Shown: positions 28,757-39,133, numbered from the stretch's first letter. The stretch is DNA of 64,000 nt from Candidatus Babelota bacterium (GCA_049325595.1 JBMOLF010000012.1:1-64000); one strand, 5' to 3'. The notes: a model not told the origin generated them from the sequence alone. Program-made: numbers and translations.

Positions 28757-30303
28757 GAGTTATTTTTACTTTTCAATGTGCCCAGAAAACCTGCAGCAGT
28801 AAATTCTACCTGCGGCTCTTGTTGCGACTTTCTTAGTTTTTCTGCATAACCTTCTTTATTTGTTTGCTGAGTGCGTCCAATTGCTAAAGCAGAATCTGGT
28901 ACATCGTCGGTTATAACTGATCCGGCAGCTGTGAATGCTTTATTGCCAATAGTAACGGGCGCAATGAGGGTATTGTTGCTTCCTATAAAAGCATCATCAC
29001 CAATTTTTGTTTTATGTTTATGGGTGCCGTCATAATTACAAATAATAGTCCCAGCGCCAATATTTACGCGATCACCAATTTCCGCATCTCCAAGATATGC
29101 AAGATGTTTTGCTTTAGAAACGCGCCCCATAGTTGTTCGTTTTAATTCAACAAACTTACCAACCTGCGCTTTTTCTTTGACTATTGAATTATCAATATAC
29201 CCAAAAGGGCCAACTTCTGCTAACGATTCAATAGTAGAATTTTTAACAATTGATTGAGGGTGAATAACAACATCATCGCCCATGGTTACATTTTCTAATG
29301 AAACAAATTCATTAATTTTGCAATTTTTTCCTATTATTGTTTTGCCTTGCAAATGTACTCCACAACCAACATAGGTTCCTGATCCAATAGTTATATTTAG
29401 ATCAAGATGGACACTTTGCGCTGCTGAAAAATGAACACCATGATCCATCCAATATTTGAGAAGTTCACATCGTTTGACTTGCTCGGCTGCCCATAATTCT
29501 TGAAAATTATTTATCCCACGAATACGATCAAATGGTGCATTTATCGTTGTTACTACTAAATTTTTGTCACTTGCAATTTTTACTAAGTCGGTTAAGTAAA
29601 ATTCTTGGCTTTTTTCATTTAATTTTAAGGTGCCAATAGTATCTTCTAAAAAAGAACGACGTATCAGATAAATGCCCGCATTAATGCAACATTCTTCAGT
29701 TGGATCACCTTCAAAATCACGTGCTTCTACAATAGCAATGCTGTTATCTTTTTTTATGACACGGCCATAACCGCCGCATGAAGGATCTGGATTATGAGCG
29801 GTGACAAATGAAATTTCAGCATTAGTACGGGTATGTTCATTATATAAATGCTCAATAATATCGGGCGTAACTAATGGTACATCACCATTCATAATTAATA
29901 AATGATCGCGGTCCCAATGTTGTTGAGTGCAAAGAACTGCGTGTCCAGTTCCTTTTTGTTGCTCCTGTACACAATACTCAATTGATGAACCATGATAGTT
30001 ATCTAATACCTCTTTAATTAATTCTTTTTGGTAACCAACAACCACAAGTGTTGGAATATGCAATTGTTCTAGTAATCTTGTGGCGAACAAAATCATTTCT
30101 TGGCCACATATTTTTTCGACTAATTTTGATCTGCCTGTTTTAAAACGAGTTCCTTGCCCGGCAGCAAGAACGACTCCTTGTACTTTAGTAGATAACATGC
30201 AATCTCCTTCCCTTTGATCATCAGTTGTTGGGTATGATGTCTTATTTGCCATAGCTAAAATGCATAAAAAAACTAGATGAGCTTTTTTAAATAATTGCTT
30301 CAT
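28747..30303 (-). CDS. glmU: bifunctional UDP-GlcNAc pyrophosphorylase/glucosamine-1-P acetyltransferase
   Basis: LAAGQGTRF, QKGTGHA, GYGRV, EFYLTD, KHLAYLGDA, NYDG, hexapeptide repeats; alternative start at 30198. Confidence 0.95.
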   Translation of the reverse strand: MKQLFKKAHLVFLCILAMANKTSYPTTDDQREGDCMLSTKVQGVVLAAGQGTRFKTGRSKLVEKICGQEMILFATRLLEQLHIPTLVVVGYQKELIKEVLDNYHGSSIEYCVQEQQKGTGHAVLCTQQHWDRDHLLIMNGDVPLVTPDIIEHLYNEHTRTNAEISFVTAHNPDPSCGGYGRVIKKDNSIAIVEARDFEGDPTEECCINAGIYLIRRSFLEDTIGTLKLNEKSQEFYLTDLVKIASDKNLVVTTINAPFDRIRGINNFQELWAAEQVKRCELLKYWMDHGVHFSAAQSVHLDLNITIGSGTYVGCGVHLQGKTIIGKNCKINEFVSLENVTMGDDVVIHPQSIVKNSTIESLAEVGPFGYIDNSIVKEKAQVGKFVELKRTTMGRVSKAKHLAYLGDAEIGDRVNIGAGTIICNYDGTHKHKTKIGDDAFIGSNNTLIAPVTIGNKAFTAAGSVITDDVPDSALAIGRTQQTNKEGYAEKLRKSQQEPQVEFTAAGFLGTLKSKNNSCQ

Positions 30304-30594
30304 TTCAATACCCTTTTTTGATGAAAAAAAGCGTTAACAATTTCAATAACGTTACTTAATAAATTCAATTTTTTTATTATTAAAAAACAATCCAAATTGT
30401 ATCACAACCAGAGGCCAAGTCTACTTTTGATAAAGATCTGACAATGCGAAAAGTGATAGTGTTTTTTTATTGTCGTGATATCATGTTCGGCATGCATTGA
30501 TTGCATGCTTTAAAAGTTAAAATGCATATTCAGAACAGCTTTTCAAAAATGCAGAATAAGTTATTATAGATACAAGTACTTGTTTTTGCAGTTT

Positions 30595-30686
30595 GGAGAG
30601 ATGGCTGAGTGGTTGAAAGCGGCCGCCTCGAAAGCGGCTATCCCATGTGAATGGGATCGGGGGTTCGAATCCCCCTCTCTCCTCCA
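30595..30686 (+). tRNA. tRNA-Ser (CGA)
   Basis: GGAGAGA/TCTCTCC acceptor stem, GCCGC-ctCGAaa-GCGGC anticodon arm, long variable arm, GGGGG-TTCGAAT-CCCCC, encoded CCA. Confidence 0.96.
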
Positions 30687-30854
30687 TGCTTCGTTCTGCG
30701 AACTTCGCATGGCGTAGCCAGCGAGGAACTTTGATAACGAAGCATGCCCTGTGTAGCCTTTAGGCGAAGCGTGGGCAGACGACTGGCATCCTTCTTCGCT
30801 TATCCGGGCCATCAGGCTCGGCAAGCTACGTAGGACAGGGGCCAGAAGAGATGG
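30685..30854. repeat. GC-rich nested palindromic element downstream of tRNA
   Basis: CATGCTTCGTT (30685-95)/AACGAAGCATG (30736-46); GCCC...GGGC; CATCCTTCT...AGAAGAGGATG. Confidence 0.65.
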
Positions 30855-30921
30855 ATTGCAAGATGCAACAACAAGTAAGCAGGATGCACTTTATGATCAT
30901 AAGATTCGAGCAGGATTAGTA

Positions 30922-32154
30922 ATGGCTATACAAAAACGTACTATTATCACGATCATAGTAACGCTACTCATTTCCTATAATGCGTATGCATCTTTTTTTG
31001 ATAATCGATTTTTCCCTCCATTTGAACGTCCGTATGTAACTGTTGATTGTCGCCCATCTCACGCCGCATTTGATATTTTTGCATCAACATCTAAAACAGC
31101 ATATGGTATTAATGGCAATGAAATTGGTATTCCTCAATTACAAGGAGTTCTTGATCAAGCAGAATGGGCTCGCTCGTTTGTAACAGCAGGATTTGCAAAT
31201 CCTTTGCCTGCAGAATGGCAACTTGCAGAGCTTCCTTGGACTATGCAAGGTAAAATTCAAGCGCAAGGAATTGTACCATCATATCAACAACAAATTACCT
31301 CATGGTTTTCAGTCGGGTTTTATGGTTTATTAATGCGAGTACAATCACGTTTTGAATTTTTTCTTGCTAAAGAAACTAATATTGTACTTACACAAAGTGA
31401 TAAGTATGAACTTGAAGAAATTAGACGCTCCATGAGCGAATCTATTGGACTAAAAAGTGATCATTGGCATCTTATTGGTCTTGGCGATTTAGACTTGTAT
31501 GCACGACTTAATAGAACCTGGTATTATTTTCTGAAGATGCGTCGTATTGATGCGGGGATTCGTTTTGGATTATTGGCGCCAATTGGCAATGCAATAAATT
31601 ATTGTTACTCATCTTCAATTCCTTTTGGTGGTAACCGTCATTGGGGTACCTATGTAATGGGTGATGCAGAATTTGAAGTAAAAGAGGATTGGAAGGTTGG
31701 TGCATGGCTTCGTTTAAGTAAACGTTTTACCCGAATTCAAGAAGCTCGTATGCCCGTAGGTAAAGAGCCACAATTTTTAGGCTTGGTTGTAGGCCGCGCG
31801 TTAGTTGATCCAGGCTACACCGTATCATTCATGCCATATTTTTCATTGGAAAATTTACGTGAGGGATTGGGTGTGCGAGTATTATATACCATAACGCACC
31901 ATGAGCCAGATTATTGGGCCGATGCACGCAATGATAAATTTGTTCCTGTAAATTTAGAAGACGTAAAAAAGCGATCATCATGGACATCAGAATATGTAAC
32001 CATTATGATTTTTTATGATTTTGGTAAAACAAAAATAGAACGTGGTTTTAGTCCTATTGTGCGTTTTGCATGGGATGTTCCTCAAGTGCTCATCGCATCG
32101 CGTGATGTTCCTAAAGTCCATAAAGTTTCGTTAGGCGTGGAATTTAATTTCTAG
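30922..32154 (+). CDS. putative outer-membrane beta-barrel protein
   Basis: Signal peptide (AYA), amphipathic strands, C-terminal VSLGVEFNF with terminal Phe. Confidence 0.65.
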   Translation: MAIQKRTIITIIVTLLISYNAYASFFDNRFFPPFERPYVTVDCRPSHAAFDIFASTSKTAYGINGNEIGIPQLQGVLDQAEWARSFVTAGFANPLPAEWQLAELPWTMQGKIQAQGIVPSYQQQITSWFSVGFYGLLMRVQSRFEFFLAKETNIVLTQSDKYELEEIRRSMSESIGLKSDHWHLIGLGDLDLYARLNRTWYYFLKMRRIDAGIRFGLLAPIGNAINYCYSSSIPFGGNRHWGTYVMGDAEFEVKEDWKVGAWLRLSKRFTRIQEARMPVGKEPQFLGLVVGRALVDPGYTVSFMPYFSLENLREGLGVRVLYTITHHEPDYWADARNDKFVPVNLEDVKKRSSWTSEYVTIMIFYDFGKTKIERGFSPIVRFAWDVPQVLIASRDVPKVHKVSLGVEFNF

Positions 32155-32192
32155 TAAGTAGCATGTTTTAACATGCACAAGGAAAAATAGGT

Positions 32193-33236
32193 ATGAAATT
32201 TTTTGCAGCTAAGAGAATATTTAGCATATTTTCAAATGATCTTGCCATTGATCTTGGTACAGCAAATACGGTGGTATATGTGCCAGGTAAAGGTATTGTA
32301 CTTAATGAACCATCAGTTGTTGCAGTAAAAGCAAATACGAATCAAGTGCTTGCTGCTGGTAAAAGCGCAAAAGAGATGTTAGGGAAAACGCCTGAAAGTA
32401 TTGTGGCATGTCGACCAATGCGTGATGGTGTTATTGCAAATTTTGAATTAACCGAAAGTATGCTGCGTTATTTTATTCGTACGGTTCACAACGATCGCCG
32501 TACCTTAGTACGCCCTCGTATGATTATTGGTGTACCTTCAGGTATTACGCAAGTTGAAAAACGAGCTGTTGAAGATTCAGCAAAACAAGCAGGTGCTCGA
32601 GAAGTTTATACTATTATAGAGCCAATGGCAGCAGCAATTGGCGCAGGGTTACCGGTACAAGAACCTGCTGGTAGTATGATTGTAGACGTAGGTGGTGGTA
32701 CCACCGAAGTTGCCGTAATTTCATTAAAATCAGTTGTATTCTGTCGTTCGGTGCGAGTAGGTGGCGATGAAATGGATCGCGCTATTGTGCAATATGTAAA
32801 GCGCAAATATAACTTATTAATTGGTGAACGTACTGCTGAACGCATAAAAATTGATATTGGTGCCGCATTGCTTGATGCTACCACAGCAGGACAATTTGTT
32901 GAAGTTAAGGGCCGTGATCTAGTCACTGGTGTTCCTAAAACTATTACCTTGAGCAGTGAAGAAGTTAATGAAGCATTGCTTGAAACCATTGCAAGTATTG
33001 TAGATGGTGTGCGCGTTGCACTCGAAAACACTCCACCAGAATTATCATCTGATTTGGTTGATAAAGGAATTATGATGGCAGGTGGCGGTTCGCAATTGCG
33101 TGGTCTTCATGAACTTATTTCCAAAGAGACCGGCTTGCCAGTCCATGTAGCTGAAGATCCTTTATTTTGCGTAGTAAAAGGAGTAGGTAAAGTTCTTGAA
33201 GAGTTAGATGTATTTAAAGATGCTTTAATGTCTTAA
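32193..33236 (+). CDS. mreB: rod shape-determining protein MreB
   Basis: DLAIDLGTAN, EPSVVA, EPMAAAIGAG, DVGGGTTEVA. Confidence 0.97.
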   Translation: MKFFAAKRIFSIFSNDLAIDLGTANTVVYVPGKGIVLNEPSVVAVKANTNQVLAAGKSAKEMLGKTPESIVACRPMRDGVIANFELTESMLRYFIRTVHNDRRTLVRPRMIIGVPSGITQVEKRAVEDSAKQAGAREVYTIIEPMAAAIGAGLPVQEPAGSMIVDVGGGTTEVAVISLKSVVFCRSVRVGGDEMDRAIVQYVKRKYNLLIGERTAERIKIDIGAALLDATTAGQFVEVKGRDLVTGVPKTITLSSEEVNEALLETIASIVDGVRVALENTPPELSSDLVDKGIMMAGGGSQLRGLHELISKETGLPVHVAEDPLFCVVKGVGKVLEELDVFKDALMS

Positions 33237-33246
33237 CTGGGGTTAT

Positions 33247-34032
33247 ATGTCTGCCTATTCGCATGGTATTGCTATAAAAAAACGCTTTGGCCAACATTTT
33301 TTGCGCAAACAGTCTGTTGTTGAGCATATGCTTGATAATGTATCGCTTGATCAACAAAGTTCGGTGTTTGAAATTGGTTGTGGGGATGGTTTTTTAACCA
33401 AAGAAATTATTAAGCATCCATTTGCACGTTTATGGATTTTTGAAATAGACCCCGAATGGGCAGAATTAGTAAAAAACACGGTGGCAGATAAACGCACAGA
33501 AGTATTTCTAGAAAATATTTTAGACGTTAATTTTGAGCGTTTTGAGCCTTATAAGCCATGGACATTACTTGCCAATCTTCCTTACCAAGTTACTTTTCCT
33601 ATTTTGCATCTCTTGCAAAAAAATCGTCATCTTCTTAAAGAAGGGGTGATTATGGTGCAAGAAGAGGTTGCGCAAAAGATTGTAAAAACAAGTGGTAGAG
33701 GGTATGGGTTTCCTTCATTATTTTTCCAATATTTCTTTGAATGGAAAATGTTAGAAAAAATTCCACCAACTGCTTTTTTACCACCGCCAAAAGTATTTTC
33801 TCGTTTGCTGTATTTTAAACCCAAAGATCAGTTGACACCAATCCCGGATGAAGCTGACTTCTGGAAATTTATTAAATTATGTTTTTTGCAGCCACGTAGA
33901 ACACTCAAAAACAATTTAGCGCAAACACATTTTAATTTAGCACTACTTTCAGAAGATCTGCTCAAAAAGCGAGCACAAGAACTTCAGTTTGAGCACTTTT
34001 TAGAAATTTGGCAGGCTTTGCGTGCACAGTGA
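33247..34032 (+). CDS. rsmA: 16S rRNA dimethyladenosine transferase
   Basis: KKRFGQHFL, EIGCGDG, EID, ANLPY, MVQEEVA. Confidence 0.93.
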   Translation: MSAYSHGIAIKKRFGQHFLRKQSVVEHMLDNVSLDQQSSVFEIGCGDGFLTKEIIKHPFARLWIFEIDPEWAELVKNTVADKRTEVFLENILDVNFERFEPYKPWTLLANLPYQVTFPILHLLQKNRHLLKEGVIMVQEEVAQKIVKTSGRGYGFPSLFFQYFFEWKMLEKIPPTAFLPPPKVFSRLLYFKPKDQLTPIPDEADFWKFIKLCFLQPRRTLKNNLAQTHFNLALLSEDLLKKRAQELQFEHFLEIWQALRAQ

Positions 34033-35285
34033 GTTGCGTACCATTGTTCTTTAACATATTGTTTATGCCATTGCCGTGCTTGATCATAGGCTGCCTGGCG
34101 ACGTTTTTGATAGTATTTGCGGGTATAAGTAGGCCGAAATTTATTAGCAAGTGCCATATAATGGTCGATTTTATCATTAATCCATTGATCACAAACAACT
34201 ATGTGTCCTTTTTTATTATCTTTGATTGAGACTACATTATGATAGGTATCAATTTTCATATAAGCAGTTTTGCATGGGTCAAGATAAGGTTCAGCTTGCT
34301 TTATGTAATGCAATAATGTTGGTACTAATGTTGCTACTGGTAGTGGACAAAAAGGTAATGAAGGACGATAACTACATTGTGTCCAGCCAAAAAACCACAG
34401 TTCTGTATGTCCTGGTGAAATGTCTCGCATTAAAAACGATTTACATGAAGGGTTAGGGCATGGTAGTTTGCGATCATTGCCACCTGCTCTTTTTAAGAAT
34501 ATTAAATTAACTTGTACCAATTTTTGCGGGAGTTCAAAGCCTTTTCGTGGTCTAAATATACGCTCAGAAAAAAAGCGCTTGCTCGTAAAAAAATCCAACG
34601 TTTGTGGCATATCAGCATTTGAGTATAAGTGATATATTTTTTGATACATAGAATCATTTATCAAATAATCAGTTTCACATTGTATCGGTGCACCAATTAA
34701 AACCATGGTATTAATAGTAAAAGGATTTATAGTAGTTTGCTCTCGTTTTATTGCGGCAAGACTCAGCAAAATATTAGCACCATGACTATAACCAACAGCC
34801 ATTAACTTTACGGTATGTCCTTGAGCGGTATGCCGCTTTATTTCAGCTGATAATTCTGCATATAATTGTTCAGCTGCTTTGTAACGCTCAGAAATACTCA
34901 GCAAACTAGACCATCCAAAGGTGTAATATTTATGTTCACATGAACTATTGTTGGCTATTTGTTCTTCAAATAAATGCGCCATTGCACCGGCAGCATAGCC
35001 GGGAATTATTTTGTTCATATCTATAGGAAGTAATCCTAGTCCTTGAATGGGCTGGCTTTGTTGAAAAAAAGGATCGGTGCGCACCAGTAAAATATTTTTT
35101 TTGTATAAGGTATTTTCAATATCATCATTAAATAAATGAATAAGCGTGCTGGTATTTAAATGGGCTTCAATATTCATAATACCATGCACAAATACGTACA
35201 TGCATATTGTTTTTTTGGGTTCTTCTGTATGCGCAGCAAAAAAGGTGATAAAGCAGCTTAACAGAAATAATCTTTTGCAAAACAT
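33984..35285 (-). CDS. secreted alpha/beta-hydrolase fold protein
   Basis: Signal peptide; VFVHG, GYSHG nucleophile elbow, GH. Confidence 0.7.
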   Translation of the reverse strand: MFCKRLFLLSCFITFFAAHTEEPKKTICMYVFVHGIMNIEAHLNTSTLIHLFNDDIENTLYKKNILLVRTDPFFQQSQPIQGLGLLPIDMNKIIPGYAAGAMAHLFEEQIANNSSCEHKYYTFGWSSLLSISERYKAAEQLYAELSAEIKRHTAQGHTVKLMAVGYSHGANILLSLAAIKREQTTINPFTINTMVLIGAPIQCETDYLINDSMYQKIYHLYSNADMPQTLDFFTSKRFFSERIFRPRKGFELPQKLVQVNLIFLKRAGGNDRKLPCPNPSCKSFLMRDISPGHTELWFFGWTQCSYRPSLPFCPLPVATLVPTLLHYIKQAEPYLDPCKTAYMKIDTYHNVVSIKDNKKGHIVVCDQWINDKIDHYMALANKFRPTYTRKYYQKRRQAAYDQARQWHKQYVKEQWYATHCARKACQISKKCSN

Positions 35286-35294
35286 ACCAAATCC

Positions 35295-35810
35295 TTATCG
35301 ATTTTCCTTACACTCAGCTGATTTATATAGCTCATCCATGCAGAGTGGTTTGAAAGGGATAGTTCCTCTACCACCAGCCCATGGTGCTGCAGTTGTACAT
35401 GAGGCACGTGTTCTCGTGCGATTTTGATCGATAGTTAATAAGTTAATACAATCTGATTTATCTGTTTGTTCGCCAAACCGAGGGTAACAATAAATACGAT
35501 AATGATAGTGTGGCCCCGTGCCTGCAGAATCAAAGCTGAATTGAACTGCTTGAGTAGGATTGTGCCACTCATAACGACCAATTTTTTTTATTTGTTTATC
35601 ACCAGAAAACAAAAAAGCTTCTAAGACAATTTGTTGAGCATGTCTATTGTATAGCGTTAAATATCCGCAAAGTCCCGTTTGCGCTACTGCGTAAATATAT
35701 GAATTACCTTCGGCATCTTCTTTTATTGTGGGTTGGTTGCAAAATAAGGAGTTATGAGCCAGTAAGCCTATTAAAATGGTAGTAATAAAATGTAAAACCA
35801 GATATTTCAT
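35295..35810 (-). CDS. hypothetical secreted protein
   Basis: RBS, signal-like N-terminus. Confidence 0.6.
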   Translation of the reverse strand: MKYLVLHFITTILIGLLAHNSLFCNQPTIKEDAEGNSYIYAVAQTGLCGYLTLYNRHAQQIVLEAFLFSGDKQIKKIGRYEWHNPTQAVQFSFDSAGTGPHYHYRIYCYPRFGEQTDKSDCINLLTIDQNRTRTRASCTTAAPWAGGRGTIPFKPLCMDELYKSAECKENR

Positions 35811-36031
35811 ATTAATCCTTGTGATTAACTAGTTACACAGAGACTATATCAATTAATTATTTCTAATTGCAATAATATAAATTATTTTAATATGCTTTTT
35901 GCTTCAGCAATGCATAATCTAAAAATATTTTAAATAAGGGGATAATGGTCTTTTGATGAAAATAATTCTTTGACAGGCAGAATATAAAAGATATTCTTTT
36001 ATTTTATTTTCCCAAAGTGAAAAGGTGCGTT

Positions 36032-37438
36032 ATGAAAAGATTAATTTTAGCTTTTATAGTAAATAGCCCATTCATGGTTTTTGCTTCTGATAAAATCCCG
36101 TCGTTAAAACACATAACCATGGAAACATTTTGCAAAGATCTTGAAAATAAATCTTCGTTAGATGCTCGAGAAAAAAGCATAACAGATTTAGCTAAAAATC
36201 AATTTTTACCTACCGATTTGCTTGGTAATCTAGACGAAGAAAATGCTATTCAAGAGCCTCATACTTTACTTGGCTATTTAGAAAATTCACGACGATGGGT
36301 AGTTGCTTCATCTATTTTATCTTGCTACGAAAGAGAAGGAGCTTATCCTATTACATTTAGTCCCGATAATAATCTTTTGATTACTGCTGAGCCCGAGGAA
36401 GTGGTGAGTGGTTTTAGTGTTAATAATTCAACAAAACGTTTAAAGGTGTGGAATATTGCTCAAAAAGAGCTCAAACATACCTATAATAATTATAGCGGTA
36501 ATGCAAAAACAGTAAGATTTTTAGATAATAATAAGTTGTTATTTGCAACTAATGACGCTCGTTTAGCTATAACTGATATACGATCAGGAAAAATTCACAT
36601 GGCACCCTGGCTCATACATCCTATAAAAATAGTTATGGCTCATAAAAATGGAGAAAAATTTGTTTCAGCAAATAATACCCTTCGTTTATGGCAAATGGCA
36701 CCTGATACATTTGCCAGAACTGAACTAAAAACATTAGATTGTGATTTTGTGTCCGCTCTTTTTTTGGATGATACGAGCTTAGTATCTGGATCAGAAGATG
36801 GAACATTATATTTTTGGGATTTAAAATCTAATAGTGAAACCAGAATTTATTACGCAGGGGCTATTCGTTCTATTGTTGCTACACCAGATGGTATGAAAGT
36901 AATAACAGATACTAATAGTAGTGTAAATATATGGGATAGACAAGCTAACAAACAGGTAATTCTTGCTCTTGAACCCAATGGTATCAAATTTTTGCGTATG
37001 TCTGCAGATGGTAAGAAAGTGGTGTATGCAACTGATAAAGCAGTTCAAGCTATTGATCTTGCTACGCTGGAACGCAATACATTGGTAACCGATGCTACCG
37101 TAAATTCAGTAATGGTAACGCCAGAGAGTAATGATGCGGTTTGCTGTGTTGAAGAATATAATCAAGATTCAAAAAAATTTGAGTCATACCTCAAAATATT
37201 TGACTTAACAACTAACATACAAATTGCAGAACATTATGCCGATCAAGCTAAAAATATGGCTATAGCCCATAACTGTTTAGCTGTAAATTCTCACCATGGT
37301 TCTATCGAGTTGCTTAAATACGGCATGAAATGGAAAGATATTTTAAAAAATATGCCAGTTAAAACTGAGGTTGGACAATTTAATGAGCAAGAAAATGAAG
37401 ATTATCAAAACGATAGATATTATGATGAATATGCATAA
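36032..37438 (+). CDS. secreted WD40-repeat protein
   Basis: LVSGSEDGTLYFWDL, LKVWN, LRLWQ, VNIWD, FSPD/TPDG repeats; signal peptide. Confidence 0.85.
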   Translation: MKRLILAFIVNSPFMVFASDKIPSLKHITMETFCKDLENKSSLDAREKSITDLAKNQFLPTDLLGNLDEENAIQEPHTLLGYLENSRRWVVASSILSCYEREGAYPITFSPDNNLLITAEPEEVVSGFSVNNSTKRLKVWNIAQKELKHTYNNYSGNAKTVRFLDNNKLLFATNDARLAITDIRSGKIHMAPWLIHPIKIVMAHKNGEKFVSANNTLRLWQMAPDTFARTELKTLDCDFVSALFLDDTSLVSGSEDGTLYFWDLKSNSETRIYYAGAIRSIVATPDGMKVITDTNSSVNIWDRQANKQVILALEPNGIKFLRMSADGKKVVYATDKAVQAIDLATLERNTLVTDATVNSVMVTPESNDAVCCVEEYNQDSKKFESYLKIFDLTTNIQIAEHYADQAKNMAIAHNCLAVNSHHGSIELLKYGMKWKDILKNMPVKTEVGQFNEQENEDYQNDRYYDEYA

Positions 37439-37608
37439 GTCTAGAAAATTCATTTATTCCATTGTAAAAAGCAAGCTGAACAAGCTAGCAACGATACGAT
37501 AGTATGGACTGTAGATAATAAGACTGAATACCAATTACTTGAAGAAAAACTCAAAAGAATGGCCGAAAAATTGGGCATTAATGATTTTAATTATGAGTAA
37601 GATTAATC

Positions 37609-37635
37609 CCCCAGCGTGTAGGAACATTGCTGGGG
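37609..37635. terminator. hairpin between convergent genes
   Basis: CCCCAGC...GCTGGGG stem. Confidence 0.6.
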
Positions 37636-37643
37636 AAATTTAT

Positions 37644-38414
37644 TTAATTATTGTTTCTTATGCCTGAAAATTGTAAAAAATCTTCTCTATTTACCGTAAA
37701 ACATTTAACGGTGCAAGGTTTAGGTACAACTTTAGTAAAACCATTTGGTAAATACACTTCCCCATGATATACAAAGGGTTTTCTTGCGTTACCTTCATTC
37801 TTTTTCATCACGCAATTTATACACCGTTCATGGTCTTTATTAATGCATAATGCAAGACCCTTTAGCTGCTTAAATTCATTGGCAACAAATAGTTTGCTGA
37901 GCAATGCATACAAAGATTCTCGTGCATATCCTTTGCCCCATTCTGAGGGTTTGAGACATAAGCCCAAATTCGGGTAATTTTTATAATGTTCAGGATCATA
38001 TTTCCTGAGTAGTTCTAAAATATTTTTATCATCAAGATTCATAATGCTTAATGAGCCAATAACTTCATGTTCATTCGCGGGTTTTTCAGCATCTGTTTTT
38101 CTTATCATCCAACGATGAAAAGTCCATTTTGAGGGCATTAAAAAAACGAGTGGTGCTACAATTTTTGTTTTAAACCAGGAATCAGCAATTTTTTTAATAT
38201 CATCCTCGCTTGCTTCAGAACAGAACATGTAGCGCGACACTTGATGATCGCTTGCTAATGTTACAAAATGTTTTGCATCGGTAACACCAGCTTTTTGAAT
38301 AGTCAAATGAGGAGTAATAATATAATTAGGATCAGTATTATTTACCAATGCTAGTTTTTCATGAGCTTTGATGAGTGCCGAAAAACAAAAGATCGTAATG
38401 ATAAATTTTTTCAT
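37644..38414 (-). CDS. GNAT (RimJ/RimL-like) acetyltransferase with signal peptide
   Basis: TPHLTI, IGSLSI, WGKGYARE. Confidence 0.7.
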   Translation of the reverse strand: MKKFIITIFCFSALIKAHEKLALVNNTDPNYIITPHLTIQKAGVTDAKHFVTLASDHQVSRYMFCSEASEDDIKKIADSWFKTKIVAPLVFLMPSKWTFHRWMIRKTDAEKPANEHEVIGSLSIMNLDDKNILELLRKYDPEHYKNYPNLGLCLKPSEWGKGYARESLYALLSKLFVANEFKQLKGLALCINKDHERCINCVMKKNEGNARKPFVYHGEVYLPNGFTKVVPKPCTVKCFTVNREDFLQFSGIRNNN

Positions 38415-39133
38415 ACTTCTTCCTCTATATTATGAGATGATAAAGCTAATATTGCTGATTTGGAAAGTGTAAAAATTCTAAACTGAGTTAGGTGTGGAAC
38501 AAGAGTAGTTCCATTTGGAAAAAGCTGAGTTCCCGTATCACTAAAACCTTCTAAAGAGCCAGCATATTTATGTATGCAATGAATCATTTTATCATTATCT
38601 TTTGCACAAGTGCCAACTATTCCGTCGGCATCTTTGTATGCAGTATGAGTAAAAACAGCTGGTAAAAGATGAGTTAGAACTTCTTTAAAATAACCTTTGT
38701 GTTGATTAGACTCGTCAAAAAAAATTGAAAGGCTTTTGTAATTATCGCTTGGTAACAAATGTTGAACGGCCGAATCTTTATTTTTTAACGCTACATATCC
38801 AATAACTTTTTGTGTTTCATTAGAGATTATTTTCCATCTAAATCCTCTTATTGGTTTGCCAAATAATGTTTTGTTTCGGGCTGCAAAATCTAAGAAAAAA
38901 TATGTTTTTGCCAATGCACTATTAAATTTAGTTTTAAGCTCTTCTGCAGTTATTTTTCCACCCACTAAATATTGGCATACCGCATCACTCGAAGTCATGA
39001 GGTCTTGATAATTATGGCGATCGTTAACATTAGCATATTGTAATGTGAGATGGGGTGTTTTTAGTAAAGAAACATGCTCTTGTGCTCTTATGGAGCAAAA
39101 AATTGGTGTTAAGATAAAAATTATTTTTTTCAT
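38411..39133 (-). CDS. GNAT (RimJ/RimL-like) acetyltransferase with signal peptide
   Basis: KTPHLTL, IGYVAL, QHKGYFKE, DN. Confidence 0.7.
   Translation of the reverse strand: MKKIIFILTPIFCSIRAQEHVSLLKTPHLTLQYANVNDRHNYQDLMTSSDAVCQYLVGGKITAEELKTKFNSALAKTYFFLDFAARNKTLFGKPIRGFRWKIISNETQKVIGYVALKNKDSAVQHLLPSDNYKSLSIFFDESNQHKGYFKEVLTHLLPAVFTHTAYKDADGIVGTCAKDNDKMIHCIHKYAGSLEGFSDTGTQLFPNGTTLVPHLTQFRIFTLSKSAILALSSHNIEEEV

Noticed and set aside
30595..30686. tRNA as an integration site of an island or prophage
   Set aside because: No integrase, phage genes or duplicated tRNA 3' end seen; flanks are housekeeping genes
30564..30824. 86-aa minus-strand ORF
   Set aside because: Antisense to tRNA-Ser and the palindromic element
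32606..33031. 141-aa antisense ORF and similar short ORFs inside pheT, LOG, PBP1A and AAA genes
   Set aside because: Opposite-strand shadows of well-supported genes with no independent motifs
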